A stretch of DNA of 64,000 nucleotides from Candidatus Latescibacterota bacterium (GCA_965205975.1 OZ242195.1:3936001-4000000); one strand, 5' to 3'. Shown: positions 39,458 to 49,873, counted from the first letter of the stretch. The notes: generated by a model from the sequence alone, not told the origin. Translations and numbers: made by a program.

Positions 39458-40435
39458 ATGCCAGACAACAAACAAATCGTCCGCCAACTGGACATCCTCC
39501 GCACACTCCTCGCCCAGACTTATGGTGTGTCTTATCGAAAACTCGCCGACGAATCAGGCGTTGACAAGCGCACCATACAACGGGATCTCGATGATCTCCG
39601 AGAAGTGGGTTTCATCATCGACGAAGAAAAGCGAGAATATGGGAAAAAATTCTTTAAACTCGTCAAAAACAACTTACCACCCCTGAACTTTCCCACCGAC
39701 GAAATCATCGCCTTGACCTTCATTGAAGGAATCATCAGTCCGCTTGAGGACACGCCATACAAAGAAGCATTTCAGAAAACCCTGAACAGAATCAGAACAA
39801 CGCTCCCAGAGCCGATGCAAGCATTTTTGGAAGAAGCAGGCGCGGCTTATTATCCCCATCATCGCGGACAAAAAGCACTGATATCTCCCCAAATATTCGA
39901 AACCGCTCATCGCGCAATCGACGAACGCAAAGTGTGCAACATCACCTATCGCGCCATCACAACCGGAGAAACCAAAACCTATCCCATCACACCTTTTAGA
40001 TTATTGTACTATCACAACGGCTATTATCTACTCTGTCGCAATCCAAATTACGACGACTTACTCACACTCGCGGTAGAACGCATTCAGCACCTTGAAATCA
40101 CATCCCAAACCTTTGAGCCACCCGATGATCTGGACATCGAAAACCGCATCCAACAGGCATTCGGTATCACACTCGAAGACCCCATAGATGTCAAAGTCCG
40201 CTTCTCCGCCTGGCAAGCCCGCTACATCCAACAGCGGATCTGGCACCCCTCAGAAAAAATAGAAGAACTGGACACCGGCGAAATAATCCTCTCCTTTCAA
40301 GCCAGCGGTTCTTACGAAATAAAATCCTGGATACTGAGCCATGGCGCAGATGCAGAAGTCCTCGAACCAGCCTCCCTGCGCCAAGAAATAATCGAGGAAC
40401 TCCAAAAAAATCTGACTTTTTACAAAAAAACCTGA
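39458..40435 (+). CDS. HTH-WYL-WCX transcriptional regulator
   Basis: wHTH LA...GVDKRTIQRDL..L; WYL region ITY..P.RL.Y.NGYYL..LAVERI; WCX SWILSHGADAEVLEPASLR. Confidence 0.92.
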   Translation: MPDNKQIVRQLDILRTLLAQTYGVSYRKLADESGVDKRTIQRDLDDLREVGFIIDEEKREYGKKFFKLVKNNLPPLNFPTDEIIALTFIEGIISPLEDTPYKEAFQKTLNRIRTTLPEPMQAFLEEAGAAYYPHHRGQKALISPQIFETAHRAIDERKVCNITYRAITTGETKTYPITPFRLLYYHNGYYLLCRNPNYDDLLTLAVERIQHLEITSQTFEPPDDLDIENRIQQAFGITLEDPIDVKVRFSAWQARYIQQRIWHPSEKIEELDTGEIILSFQASGSYEIKSWILSHGADAEVLEPASLRQEIIEELQKNLTFYKKT

Positions 40436-40440
40436 CCACC

Positions 40441-40459
40441 TGCGACATACCCTGTCATA
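40441..40459 (+). promoter_or_regulatory. Candidate WYL (DriD-type) operator
   Basis: TGCGAC-ATACCCT-GTCATA imperfect palindrome (GAC-N7-GTC), followed by TATCTT at 40469-40474. Confidence 0.55.
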
Positions 40460-40573
40460 CCTCTTATTTATCTTTGAGACGCATTGCAATGAATGCGTCT
40501 CTTTTTTTTAAAAAATCATAACTCCGACGACAAATCAGATCCCGACACACAACATAAGGAGATAAAATACACC

Positions 40574-43375
40574 ATGAGAAGAGATCACAGACACCACAGA
40601 CATTTAAGGCAGTTTCGATCTGTAAATGAATATAGCCTGTACAGGAATCGCATCTACCTCCTGAACGCGATTCGCGCTGCCCAGCAGAACCTCGCCGTGC
40701 GGGAGAACCTATTGGACTGGTTTAGACGCAATAAGGAAGAACTGGAAAGCATGGACGCCTTCCTCATGCAAGAATATAACAAAACGATAAGTGGACAGAT
40801 AGTAAAGGACCTGACTCAGCGAAAAGTAGCCCATTTCCTCAACTCCTCAGTTAAAACTCTTAAGGAGAAAACCCGAAAAGCACCGACGCTAAGTCCCATC
40901 CAGACAGCGGTCCACCTGGTCATCCAGCGTTTTTCCCTAACGCCAATAGCAGGATCGCTACTCCAACTCGCGTGCTGTTATGAGCATATCAATAACTCTA
41001 TTGCCGCAAGCCTGTGGGATCAAGTTCAGAACGCAGTTATTGGACATCTTGAAACGACCGCGACCTTGTTGGGCTGCTCTCGCGACGAGGTGGAGGACGC
41101 ATTCCGCGAACTGGCCGATGTGGGCATCACTGATCTGGAAGATCTGAACAGGGTACATACCGACCCCGGCAACTACATAAATACCAATTTTTGCCGGATA
41201 TGGAATCCGCCGGTGCGGGACATGGAAGAATTGATGGCGCGTCTGGTTGGTCAGCCATGCGAGGCCACGCTGGACCTGAAAGACTTCGCGCACCTCGATA
41301 ACCGGGACAATGTCGTACGTCTCCTCAGCGCAGCGATACAGGAGCGACGCAAAGAAAAACCTGCAACAGGCGTGAACATCCTGTTATACGGTCGTGCGGG
41401 AACCGGCAAAACCGAATTTGCCAAAACCCTATCCCGCGCCGCTGGCGCGTACCTCTATTCCATCGGCGAACCGGGCCGGAACGATAAGGAAAAGGCCGAT
41501 ACCGAACGCGATTGCCGCACCCGACGCCGCAATCAGATACGCATGGCCCAGGCTCTCCTGCGCTCCGTTCCCAACGCCGCGATCTTGTGCGACGAAGCAG
41601 AAGATGTCCTGGACTCCGGTCACGGCACCCGCCTCCTCAACCACCGCCTGCTGGAAAACACCCCCGTACCGGTCATCTACACAGCCAATCGCCTGGACCA
41701 CCTGGACGAAAGCATGCTGCGGCGTTTCACGTACATCCTCAAATTCACCGTCCACAGCCCCATCCGCCAGACCGCGATTCTGCAGCGAATGCTCAAGGAA
41801 AGTGGTATTGAGGACATTGATACGACCGCGTGTGCGCGACGCCTCGTGGATCAACTCGAATGCCCCCCTGCCATCCTGGCAAAAGCCATTGAAACAACCC
41901 GCCTCATAAACGGCAACGAGAACGACATCTATCACTTCTGCGAACAACTGGAACGCACCATCGCCACCCATTGCACACGCCCACGCCTCGGACCTCCCAT
42001 CAAACCACAACTTCCGTGGGAGGCATTTTCACACATAGGACAAGACGCCGAAGACATCCGGCGCACCCTCGCCGCAGTGCTCGGTAAAAACAGAAAAGGC
42101 GTCAACATTCTCCTGTACGGACCCCCAGGCACCGGCAAAACCGAATTTGCTCGCACCCTCTGCGGCGAAATCGGCGCGCAATTATACGCCATAGGACACG
42201 GCCCAGACGCACGCCCGAGCGCAGACCGCACAAAAACACTGGACTACGCCCTCGAAGCCCTATCAGACGAACCAAACGCCGCGATCCTCTTTGACGAAAT
42301 GGAGGACTTCCGCCAGCAAGAAAAACTCTATCTGAATCGCATCGTCGAAGAAAACCCCGTCCCCATCATCTGGACCTGCAACTCCATTGCCTACTACCGC
42401 GCGTTTGAACCCTTCTTCATCGACCGCATGCTGCACGCCATTGAGTTCCGCCACCTGCCCACCCGGGCGCGGGAACACCTGTACTCCAGCATCCTGCACA
42501 ACGCGCATATTCCAGACACTGAGACCCGTCAACTCGCCCAAGCACTGGCACACAACAACAAAATAACCCCTCGGCAGGTCGCCCTGGCAGCCAAACAGGC
42601 TACTCTCGTCAGTGGAAACACTCAGACCATCCAGCGCAACATAGCCCAAAAGGAAAAACTGCGCCACGGCGTCCGCCCACCTGACATGCGCCCGATAGAG
42701 CAATACGACCCGACCCTCATCCACGCCGACATCAATCTGGAGGTGTTAGCTGAGCAAATGGTCGCACGCGGCACGCGTCGATTCTCGCTTTGCCTGTGCG
42801 GGCCTCCGGGAACGGGCAAAACAGCTTTTGTGCGCTACATCGCCGAACAAATGGGCATAGACATCCTACCCAAACGGGCATCCGACCTCCTGAACAAATA
42901 CGTCGGAGAAAACGAGCAGAACATCGCATCAGCCTTTGCCGAAGCCCTCCAGACCAGCTCATTTCTCGTATTTGACGAAGCGGATTCGCTCCTCATGGAC
43001 CGGCAATCCGCCCAACGCTCATGGGAAGTCAGCCTGGTCAACGAAATGCTCAGCCAGATGGAGCGGCATCCCCTCCCTTATGCCTGCACCACCAACCAGT
43101 GGGACATAATCGACCCGGCAGCCGCACGCCGCTTCGTATTTCGCGCCGAGTTTTACTTCATGGATCAACCGCGCATCAACCGCGCCTTCGAGCTATTCTT
43201 TGACCATAAAGCACCCACCTCTACACTCGCACTGACCAAACTCACCCCCGCAGACTTTGCCAACGTACGGGATCGTGCAGAGATACTGGGCTACCTGAAC
43301 GACCCCGAGCGCATCGCGCACGCTCTCGCCGAAGAATGCCGTCAAAAACCCGGTAGTGCCTCCCTCGGCTTCTGA
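40574..43375 (+). CDS. AAA+ ATPase with three tandem AAA modules
   Basis: Walker A GRAGTGKT / GPPGTGKT / GPPGTGKT; Walker B LCDEAE / LFDEME / VFDEAD; C-terminal LGF; AAGGAG RBS favours ATG 40574 (frame open from 40493). Confidence 0.9.
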   Translation: MRRDHRHHRHLRQFRSVNEYSLYRNRIYLLNAIRAAQQNLAVRENLLDWFRRNKEELESMDAFLMQEYNKTISGQIVKDLTQRKVAHFLNSSVKTLKEKTRKAPTLSPIQTAVHLVIQRFSLTPIAGSLLQLACCYEHINNSIAASLWDQVQNAVIGHLETTATLLGCSRDEVEDAFRELADVGITDLEDLNRVHTDPGNYINTNFCRIWNPPVRDMEELMARLVGQPCEATLDLKDFAHLDNRDNVVRLLSAAIQERRKEKPATGVNILLYGRAGTGKTEFAKTLSRAAGAYLYSIGEPGRNDKEKADTERDCRTRRRNQIRMAQALLRSVPNAAILCDEAEDVLDSGHGTRLLNHRLLENTPVPVIYTANRLDHLDESMLRRFTYILKFTVHSPIRQTAILQRMLKESGIEDIDTTACARRLVDQLECPPAILAKAIETTRLINGNENDIYHFCEQLERTIATHCTRPRLGPPIKPQLPWEAFSHIGQDAEDIRRTLAAVLGKNRKGVNILLYGPPGTGKTEFARTLCGEIGAQLYAIGHGPDARPSADRTKTLDYALEALSDEPNAAILFDEMEDFRQQEKLYLNRIVEENPVPIIWTCNSIAYYRAFEPFFIDRMLHAIEFRHLPTRAREHLYSSILHNAHIPDTETRQLAQALAHNNKITPRQVALAAKQATLVSGNTQTIQRNIAQKEKLRHGVRPPDMRPIEQYDPTLIHADINLEVLAEQMVARGTRRFSLCLCGPPGTGKTAFVRYIAEQMGIDILPKRASDLLNKYVGENEQNIASAFAEALQTSSFLVFDEADSLLMDRQSAQRSWEVSLVNEMLSQMERHPLPYACTTNQWDIIDPAAARRFVFRAEFYFMDQPRINRAFELFFDHKAPTSTLALTKLTPADFANVRDRAEILGYLNDPERIAHALAEECRQKPGSASLGF

Positions 43376-43490
43376 CCCCATGACACGCAAAGGAGAGATA
43401 CAATGTTCAAGAACATCTTCACCTGACCGATCTAAACCCTTTCTCTATTCCCCTTTCAAAGCCACACACCAACAAACAATGGAGGTTTTA

Positions 43491-44042
43491 ATGTCACGCA
43501 TCATAGTCGTATTTTCAATCCTGTCTCTCACCCTTCAGGGCGTTCACGCCCAGGATCAAGCCAAACGTATCGAAGTCTTTCTCGCACTGAGTGGACACAC
43601 CATACTCAACGAAATGGAACCGTCACCTCCGGGCACCGCAGGATATATCGGCGCCCAACTCATCTACAACCTGACACAGACCCAGGCCATTGGCGTGCGC
43701 TATGGCGCCGCAGCTTATGAGATCACCAGCAGTCTGGGCAACACAGAAACCTGGATGGGCGATATATTCGCGACCTACCGATACAGTTGGCGGGCGGGAA
43801 AACCCACGCGCATCTATATTGAAGCCGGAATGGGCGCAAGCGACCCTATCCCGCTTTACGACACAGGCACCAAATTTGCATTTACCGCGGCACTGGGTGT
43901 AAAACGATTTATAGGCGAGCGATTTTCATTGGGACTGGAATCCAGAGGCGTGAGCTTCACGCAAAAAGAGAGCTTGCTGAGCACACAAAATGTGACCGCA
44001 GCCATCAATGAATTTTCACTCGTATTGGGATATCTGTTTTAG
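43491..44042 (+). CDS. Small outer-membrane beta-barrel protein
   Basis: GGAGG RBS, signal peptide, alternating beta-strand pattern, C-terminal LGYLF. Confidence 0.75.
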   Translation: MSRIIVVFSILSLTLQGVHAQDQAKRIEVFLALSGHTILNEMEPSPPGTAGYIGAQLIYNLTQTQAIGVRYGAAAYEITSSLGNTETWMGDIFATYRYSWRAGKPTRIYIEAGMGASDPIPLYDTGTKFAFTAALGVKRFIGERFSLGLESRGVSFTQKESLLSTQNVTAAINEFSLVLGYLF

Positions 44043-44142
44043 CGTTCAAATCGCAGGGGTTGGTGCTGTCGATAAAAAATTACAATACACAGCCAGCTCC
44101 TGCTCGCATTTTATTTATAACGAAATGAATGGGAGTTTTACC

Positions 44143-44517
44143 ATGCGGGTTTTGATGATAATAATGATTTGGATGATAATGGCTTGTGAAGAAGAAAATA
44201 ATAATCCTCTCAAAAGTGATCCTGAATTAGAGGGTAGATTCAGTGTTCTTTCAGTTACCTATTATCCACCTGACCCTCCAACAGAATCTAAAGCCACAGA
44301 TGTAAGAGTATCTTTCGCTAATTGGGGTGAAACCATATATGACCGTAGTATTTATATTCAGGTGGCTTTGATTGACTTCAACAATCAAAGGTATATCAGC
44401 GGATTGACACTGCCAGGGATACAAGGGGGCGGGGCTATAACAAGATTTGAAATAACTATTTGGGGTGTTGAACACCAACAAGTCAACCTATATGAAGTTG
44501 CGTTCACGTACAATTAA
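44143..44517 (+). CDS. Putative lipoprotein
   Basis: MRVLMIIMIWMIMA-C lipobox-like N-terminus; AT-rich. Confidence 0.6.
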   Translation: MRVLMIIMIWMIMACEEENNNPLKSDPELEGRFSVLSVTYYPPDPPTESKATDVRVSFANWGETIYDRSIYIQVALIDFNNQRYISGLTLPGIQGGGAITRFEITIWGVEHQQVNLYEVAFTYN

Positions 44518-44684
44518 AAACCAATCCTCTCAGGAGACGCAAGCACAAAGACACGCAACAGGCTTATCGAGACTCTGGTCTGCGTTTAAGAAAATGCTCA
44601 CAAAATCTCCTGGTCAGGCTTGATCTTCTGAGGGTAAAAATTATATTGTATAGGAACCGTTTGTTTGAGTAGGGATTACAAAAA

Positions 44685-45752
44685 ATGAGGGCACCGATGT
44701 TATTCAAACTGATTCGCAAGAAGCAACAGACCGCATTTCAGCCGTTTATGAGACGGGAGGCTTCAGATTTGAAACTCAAAGAGAAGGATTTGGAGAACTG
44801 GATCGCGGAGAACCCAGAGTTGTTGTTTGGAACCGAACAGATATTGGTGATCAGTCAATCCGTCAGCGGTAAGCGCATGGCCGATATATTGGCTTTAGAC
44901 GCTGAGAGGCGTTTGGTCATTGTCGAGATAAAACGGGACTGGGCCGATAGAGAGACGGTTGGTCAATTGCTTGAGTATGCGGCAAACATGGCCGGAAGCC
45001 GCTATAAGGATCTGGAAAAACTGCACGAGTCCCACTGGAAACAGCACCACGGGAATAATCAATATGTTTCCTTGCTCAAACGGTTTCAAGATCTGACCGA
45101 TGACGAAGCTACAGAAGATGACATTCCGAAAGGTCAGCGGATTTGTATTGTAGCCCCTAGATCTGATGAGGGTCTGTCTCGAATTGTAAAATGGCTAAAA
45201 GAGTATGGTGTGCCGATTAACTTCGTACCTTTCACGCTCTATACAGATGACAATAATGTGGATATTCTATTAGAGATGAAGCCGATCCCTATGATTCAGG
45301 TGGAACAAAGAAATGTTGCAGCCGAGGAGAGAGATCGGTTTTTTAATACGAACGAAACTAACGCATCGGGCGCATATCAGAATATGTTTGATCACGGCGT
45401 AATTGCCATCTATGGTTACGCGAACGGACCATCGAATCTGGAAGGAAGCACCACAGATCAGCGAGTATTTGCCTACGTTAATAAAAAGGGCATCCTGGCG
45501 ATGGGACGTATCGTTGACGGTCAAGTTGTTCCTGGCAACATAGTCTTTGGAAAGCCTAACGAGTACCATGTAAGGGTCGAGTGGGAGACAATTGTACCTG
45601 ATCACATGGGTGTCAAGTTGCAGGAAGTTGAACAGCAGTTCGGCTACCAACTCCCTGTCCGCAGTGTCTTTTGCCAAATGTATTGTCCCCCTAATGTCAC
45701 AGACTGGATCGCGGGAGAGCTTCTACACAGGGCTAGGGGAAACCCGCCCTGA
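44685..45752 (+). CDS. NucS-like PD-(D/E)xK endonuclease with C-terminal EVE/PUA-like domain
   Basis: EKDLENWI..NP, ADILALD..LVIVEIKR..GQLLEYA; C-terminal DQRVFAYV..KGI.A.G..V.W. Confidence 0.75.
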   Translation: MRAPMLFKLIRKKQQTAFQPFMRREASDLKLKEKDLENWIAENPELLFGTEQILVISQSVSGKRMADILALDAERRLVIVEIKRDWADRETVGQLLEYAANMAGSRYKDLEKLHESHWKQHHGNNQYVSLLKRFQDLTDDEATEDDIPKGQRICIVAPRSDEGLSRIVKWLKEYGVPINFVPFTLYTDDNNVDILLEMKPIPMIQVEQRNVAAEERDRFFNTNETNASGAYQNMFDHGVIAIYGYANGPSNLEGSTTDQRVFAYVNKKGILAMGRIVDGQVVPGNIVFGKPNEYHVRVEWETIVPDHMGVKLQEVEQQFGYQLPVRSVFCQMYCPPNVTDWIAGELLHRARGNPP

Positions 45753-45819
45753 AGTCTTGAACAGCGAAATTTGCGTAGTAAGGACAATAAATTTGTTTGT
45801 GCTCTGAAGGAGTATCTCA

Positions 45820-46083
45820 ATGGCTGATTCGATCCTCACTGATGTGCCGGAATCTTGTCCGACAATAGTCAGGCAGCCTGAAAACGTACAAAGAGAACTC
45901 CGGGAAGCATTTGAAATTGCTGTTGTAAAAGCTCAAAAACAGGGCATTCCAGAAGAAGAAATTTTTCAATTTTTGGAAGACGTGATTGACAACCGAGCAG
46001 CAGATCAAGCGTTAAAAGAAATGGAACGAACAGGAAAAAAATCCATTCCATGGGAAAAAGTGAAAGGAGAGGCAGGGTTGTAG
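45820..46083 (+). CDS. Orphan antitoxin-like protein
   Basis: AAGGAG RBS; C-terminal LED.ID...A..AL.E......IPWEKVK.E.GL typical of RelE/ParE-cognate antitoxins; no toxin follows. Confidence 0.6.
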   Translation: MADSILTDVPESCPTIVRQPENVQRELREAFEIAVVKAQKQGIPEEEIFQFLEDVIDNRAADQALKEMERTGKKSIPWEKVKGEAGL

Positions 46084-46240
46084 CTTACGCAATCGACTTC
46101 TGTGAAATTATTTTCTGGTATTATAATTTCTGGTTTGTTCATAAGGATTTTTTTCGTATATTTGTCAAGTTTATGTTGACATTGCTTCAAAATCATCTTG
46201 TTTGAGTAGTTCTGTTTTTCATTGTAACCGGAGGAGAGTT

Positions 46241-46429
46241 ATGTCCCAAAGTCAGCCCCAAAATGAACCCGTTACACAACAGACACCTCAAACCATATTT
46301 CTTCGCACTCCCAAACCCGAAGATCTTGAGTTGACCCCTGAAGAAAAACAGGCCCTTAAGAATTTTTTGGATTGGGAAAAAAGGTCTGCAAAAACGCATT
46401 GGATCCTGGGGCAACCGGTGGGAAGATGA
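46241..46429 (+). CDS. 62-aa peptide of unknown function
   Basis: Strong GGAGGAG RBS; MSQSQPQNEP...FLDWEKRSAKTHWILGQPVGR. Confidence 0.7.
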   Translation: MSQSQPQNEPVTQQTPQTIFLRTPKPEDLELTPEEKQALKNFLDWEKRSAKTHWILGQPVGR

Positions 46430-46456
46430 GTCATTATTAACTTATAGCCAAAAATC

Positions 46457-46486
46457 AAAAGCCTCGTGTGTTTACGAGGCTTTTTT
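46457..46486 (+). terminator. Hairpin/terminator between the peptide gene and the peptidase-like gene
   Basis: AAAAGCCTCGT-GTGTTT-ACGAGGCTTTTTT. Confidence 0.75.
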
Positions 46487-47931
46487 GATGTGTAAAAATA
46501 AGGATCCGCCTATGAAAGACGCTTTCGCAAAAGAACAAAAACTACTGGAATCATGCCAAGTACCCTTCTCGTTTTATCAACTTGTGGAAGATATCTGGCA
46601 TCCGAAAAGCAATATCGGATCAGACCCTATGAACCGTCTATGTACACTAATGAGAAAGATGAAGGTCAAATCGTTTATCAGAGAGGAATTGGAATTAAAC
46701 GAAGAATTGTTAGAAGAACAGGATATGGCCACTGAGCGATGTAAACAAAAGGTAAGCCTCACTGCGACACGCCTGACATTCTTTCGGTCATTGCCTTCTC
46801 CCCTAAAATGGAACGATCCAGATAAGTTACTGGACGACCATCTCCTGGGTTACGCTGTGATAGCAACGCTTGAACTACCGGGTGACAAATATACAACGTA
46901 CCTATTGGAATCCGTGGTCCGGCCTCCCTCCATCTGGGTGCGCGATACAGAAGACCGCATTTCCATTGAACCCATCACGAATTACTACGTACATAACAGA
47001 AGAAATTTTGAGACACACATCGGCACAAAAGAAAAATCGAGAACCTTTACTCTGCCGGGCAGTTTTTTTGCCCAACAAAATAACCTTACCCATGTCTGTG
47101 CTCATGCCGCCTTGCGAATGGCCATAAATAGCTCAGATACGGTTACCTCTGAAAAGCTCACAAATCGAAAGATCAATGAGATTCTGGGAATTGACTTCAG
47201 CAGCCCTGAAAAATGCGTAGGCCATATAGACAGTGATCCCCCAGGAACCAAAAGAGGCTTGGGTCAACAAGAGTTAGAAGACGTTGTTAGCCAATTGGGT
47301 GGGAGAACAATATCAGCAGATTTTGTACAAGACACTTCCGTTGAATACGACCAATTTATCTATCCATTTGTCGAGTCTGCCTGTCCCGTGATATTGGGAA
47401 TAGAAGGTCGGGATTCTCGTAATGAAATAATTAACCATGTGGTTTCCGTTTTAGGACATACACTCAATTCCGACCGGTGGGAACCTGAAGCCCGAGTCGG
47501 ATATAGTGGATTGCAAGCGCAACCTTATATCCCAGCTACTGGATGGACTGGACACTATATCATCAATGATGATAATTTTGGTATGTACTTGACTTTGCCA
47601 TCTGATATGTTGAGAAATTTCCTTGTTCCGTCAAAAAATCCGAACTTACACGCCAGAATAGCAGTTGCCATAGTACCTTATGGTGTGCAGTTCTCGGGCC
47701 TTTGGGCAGAAGGGATAGCGGTAAGGATTACCCAATTTCTTATCAAAATCACAAAAATACAACATCCCCCTATTTGGCTTAAAAGATTAGCTCAACAATC
47801 CGGCAAAATCGTAAGTCGAACGCTGCTTCAAACAAAAGAATCTGAGGTGCGCCCCATTATTTGACCCGGTATAAAGGCTAATTGACATTGGGTGTCAGCG
47901 TGGTATTTTCTCACCAACAGGAGGAGATACC

Positions 47932-48216
47932 ATGGGTAAGAAAACCAAGAAGTCCTACTCGGCAAAACTCAAGTTCCAGATCGTGTTAGAGGCATTGACC
48001 TCGGAGCAAGAGGATGCAGAAATCGCTCGCGCTTACGGTGTGCATCCGGTGAGTCTATCAAACTGGAAACGTCAGTTTATAGACAGTGGTGCAGAGATTT
48101 TCTCTGGTAATGATACCGTCAAGACGTATGAAGCGCGTGTGTCTGATCTGGAGCGCCTGTTAGGTCAGAAAGAAGTCGAACTGGCCTTGCTCAAAAATTT
48201 TTTAGGCAACCGTTGA
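47932..48216 (+). CDS. IS3 transposase OrfA (HTH)
   Basis: YSAKLKFQIVLE..IARAYGVHP..L.NWK; slippery AAAAATTTTTTA near the end. Confidence 0.9.
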   Translation: MGKKTKKSYSAKLKFQIVLEALTSEQEDAEIARAYGVHPVSLSNWKRQFIDSGAEIFSGNDTVKTYEARVSDLERLLGQKEVELALLKNFLGNR

Positions 48217-49121
48217 GCGTGTCAGACAAAGTAGAACTGGTCGAAAAGCATAAGGACAGGTATGGTCTGAATATGTGCTGCCGTGCCTTAGGCTTGTCAA
48301 AAGGGACGCTTGCCTATCGTCGCGGTCGGGCCTCTTGTTCTCAGGCAGATAAACAGATAAAGGCTGAGATCGTCACCACAATCCGGCATCACCCCGATTA
48401 TGGGTATCGTCGCATCAAGGAAGACCTGATAGCGCGTGCTGGCATCGTGGTCAATCATAAGCGGTTACGTAAGATATTGTCAACGTATGAGTTAGACTTA
48501 CCTCGTCATCTGCCAAAACGCGGCAAGAATCCGGTATTGAAGCTGATAAGCGAGGTGGGACAAGACGCCAATTTAGTTCAGAACCGCACCGTTGATCCCT
48601 TGCGAGTCTTTTGCACCGACTTTACAGAATTGCTCTATTGCCAAGGACAGAAAAAAGCGTGGTTAATGGCGTTTTTGGACATCCACACCAGGTGGATCGC
48701 AGGCTTTGGCGTGGGCGCACATCGCAACCGTGACCTGGCGATTTATTGTTTGGATCAGTTACAAAACAACCTGAGTTGTTTGGACAGGAGACTGTCTGAC
48801 ATCCTCATCCATCACGACCGCGATTCGGTTTATACCTCATACGACTGGTTACATCGTGTGTTGATTGAAGAACGTGCAGGGATTTCTTTTGCGATGAATG
48901 GGGCAAAAGATAATCCGTGGATAGAGTCCTTTTGGGGACGTTTTAAGACGGAAAACAAGACTTTGATTATGCACGCAGAATCTTTGACAGAACTTATCTG
49001 TGTGATTGGGCAACAAATGACGTATTACAATCAAGATCGAAGGCATTCTGCCTTGAGCTACCAGACGCCACAAGAAGTGGTGCAGGCCATTCTTATGAGA
49101 AATATCACGGCTGACCCTTAG
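48213..49121 (+). CDS. IS3 transposase OrfB (DDE)
   Basis: YGYRRI, TDFTE, HHDRDSVY, DNPWIESFWGRFKTE, YYNQDRRHSAL; -1 frame relative to orfA. Confidence 0.92.
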   Translation: MSVSDKVELVEKHKDRYGLNMCCRALGLSKGTLAYRRGRASCSQADKQIKAEIVTTIRHHPDYGYRRIKEDLIARAGIVVNHKRLRKILSTYELDLPRHLPKRGKNPVLKLISEVGQDANLVQNRTVDPLRVFCTDFTELLYCQGQKKAWLMAFLDIHTRWIAGFGVGAHRNRDLAIYCLDQLQNNLSCLDRRLSDILIHHDRDSVYTSYDWLHRVLIEERAGISFAMNGAKDNPWIESFWGRFKTENKTLIMHAESLTELICVIGQQMTYYNQDRRHSALSYQTPQEVVQAILMRNITADP

Positions 49122-49547
49122 TGTAAATTAGCCTGATAACTGGTTCAAATTTTGGGTTACAGATCCATCCTATAGACAATATATTGATAGTCTGGTTCAA
49201 GATGGCCATATAACATTAACTCCAGAAATTGAACAGAGATTCGAGAATATGCCGGAACATATCTGGGTATCTGAAATCACTCTGCCTCACCTTTACACTG
49301 GCAATAAACACAAACTCGGGGATGTAATCATTCGCGCAAATGCCACTGACGAGGAACACAACGCAGTGAAAAGTTTTGAATTAGCCTGGTTTCCAGGCTT
49401 CATATATTTTGGATCGGATCATCAGATTCTTCCCTGGGATGTGCGTACTCATGTTCCACTTATAAGAGAAGAAGAAACAGTTCCATTACTCGAATGGTAA
49501 TATTACTTTTGCTCTAAAATTGATACCCATCCCAAACGCCTGACAAA

Positions 49548-49727
49548 TCACTCGTTTTTTCCATAGACGACACGTAACTGTGTCATATCGCAGTCATCAA
49601 GCGTGAGGGTATCGAGATCGGCTTTTATCGCCTGATCAATCTCCTCATCTGTCACGCGATCCAAATAATCAAAGTCTGTCCGCGACTTCTCGTTTTTAGA
49701 CTTTCGACCAGAAAAGCTCTCGTTCAT
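49548..49727 (-). pseudogene. Truncated BrnA-like antitoxin fragment
   Basis: SRTDFDYLD..TDEEID.AI..D resembles BrnA N-termini; C-terminal DNA-binding part absent. Confidence 0.5.
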
Positions 49728-49873
49728 CTTTGACCTCGCTATCCTTTGCTCAGTGTGACTGTGCAATATACCAAAAAAATCTTGATTGCTGTGGGCATAT
49801 AGGGTATTATTTCCGCGATAGATTTTATTTAAAATGTATTCGCGCATTCGTCAGATAAGGTGGTATTGATCCT

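Larger units (their letters stand above)
47843..49166 (+). mobile_element. IS3-family insertion sequence (~1.32 kb)
   Basis: Imperfect terminal IRs (..CCCATTATTTGACCC vs ..CCCAAAATTTGAACC), ATC target duplication at 47840-42 and 49167-69, orfA/orfB. Confidence 0.92.
46512..49500 (+). pseudogene. Papain/C39-like cysteine-peptidase-fold gene interrupted by IS3 (553 aa reconstructed)
   Basis: QQN...VCAHAAL, HVVSVLGH, INDDNFG; removing 47843-49169 restores the frame ..QTKESYRQYID..NMPEHIWVSE.. Confidence 0.8.
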
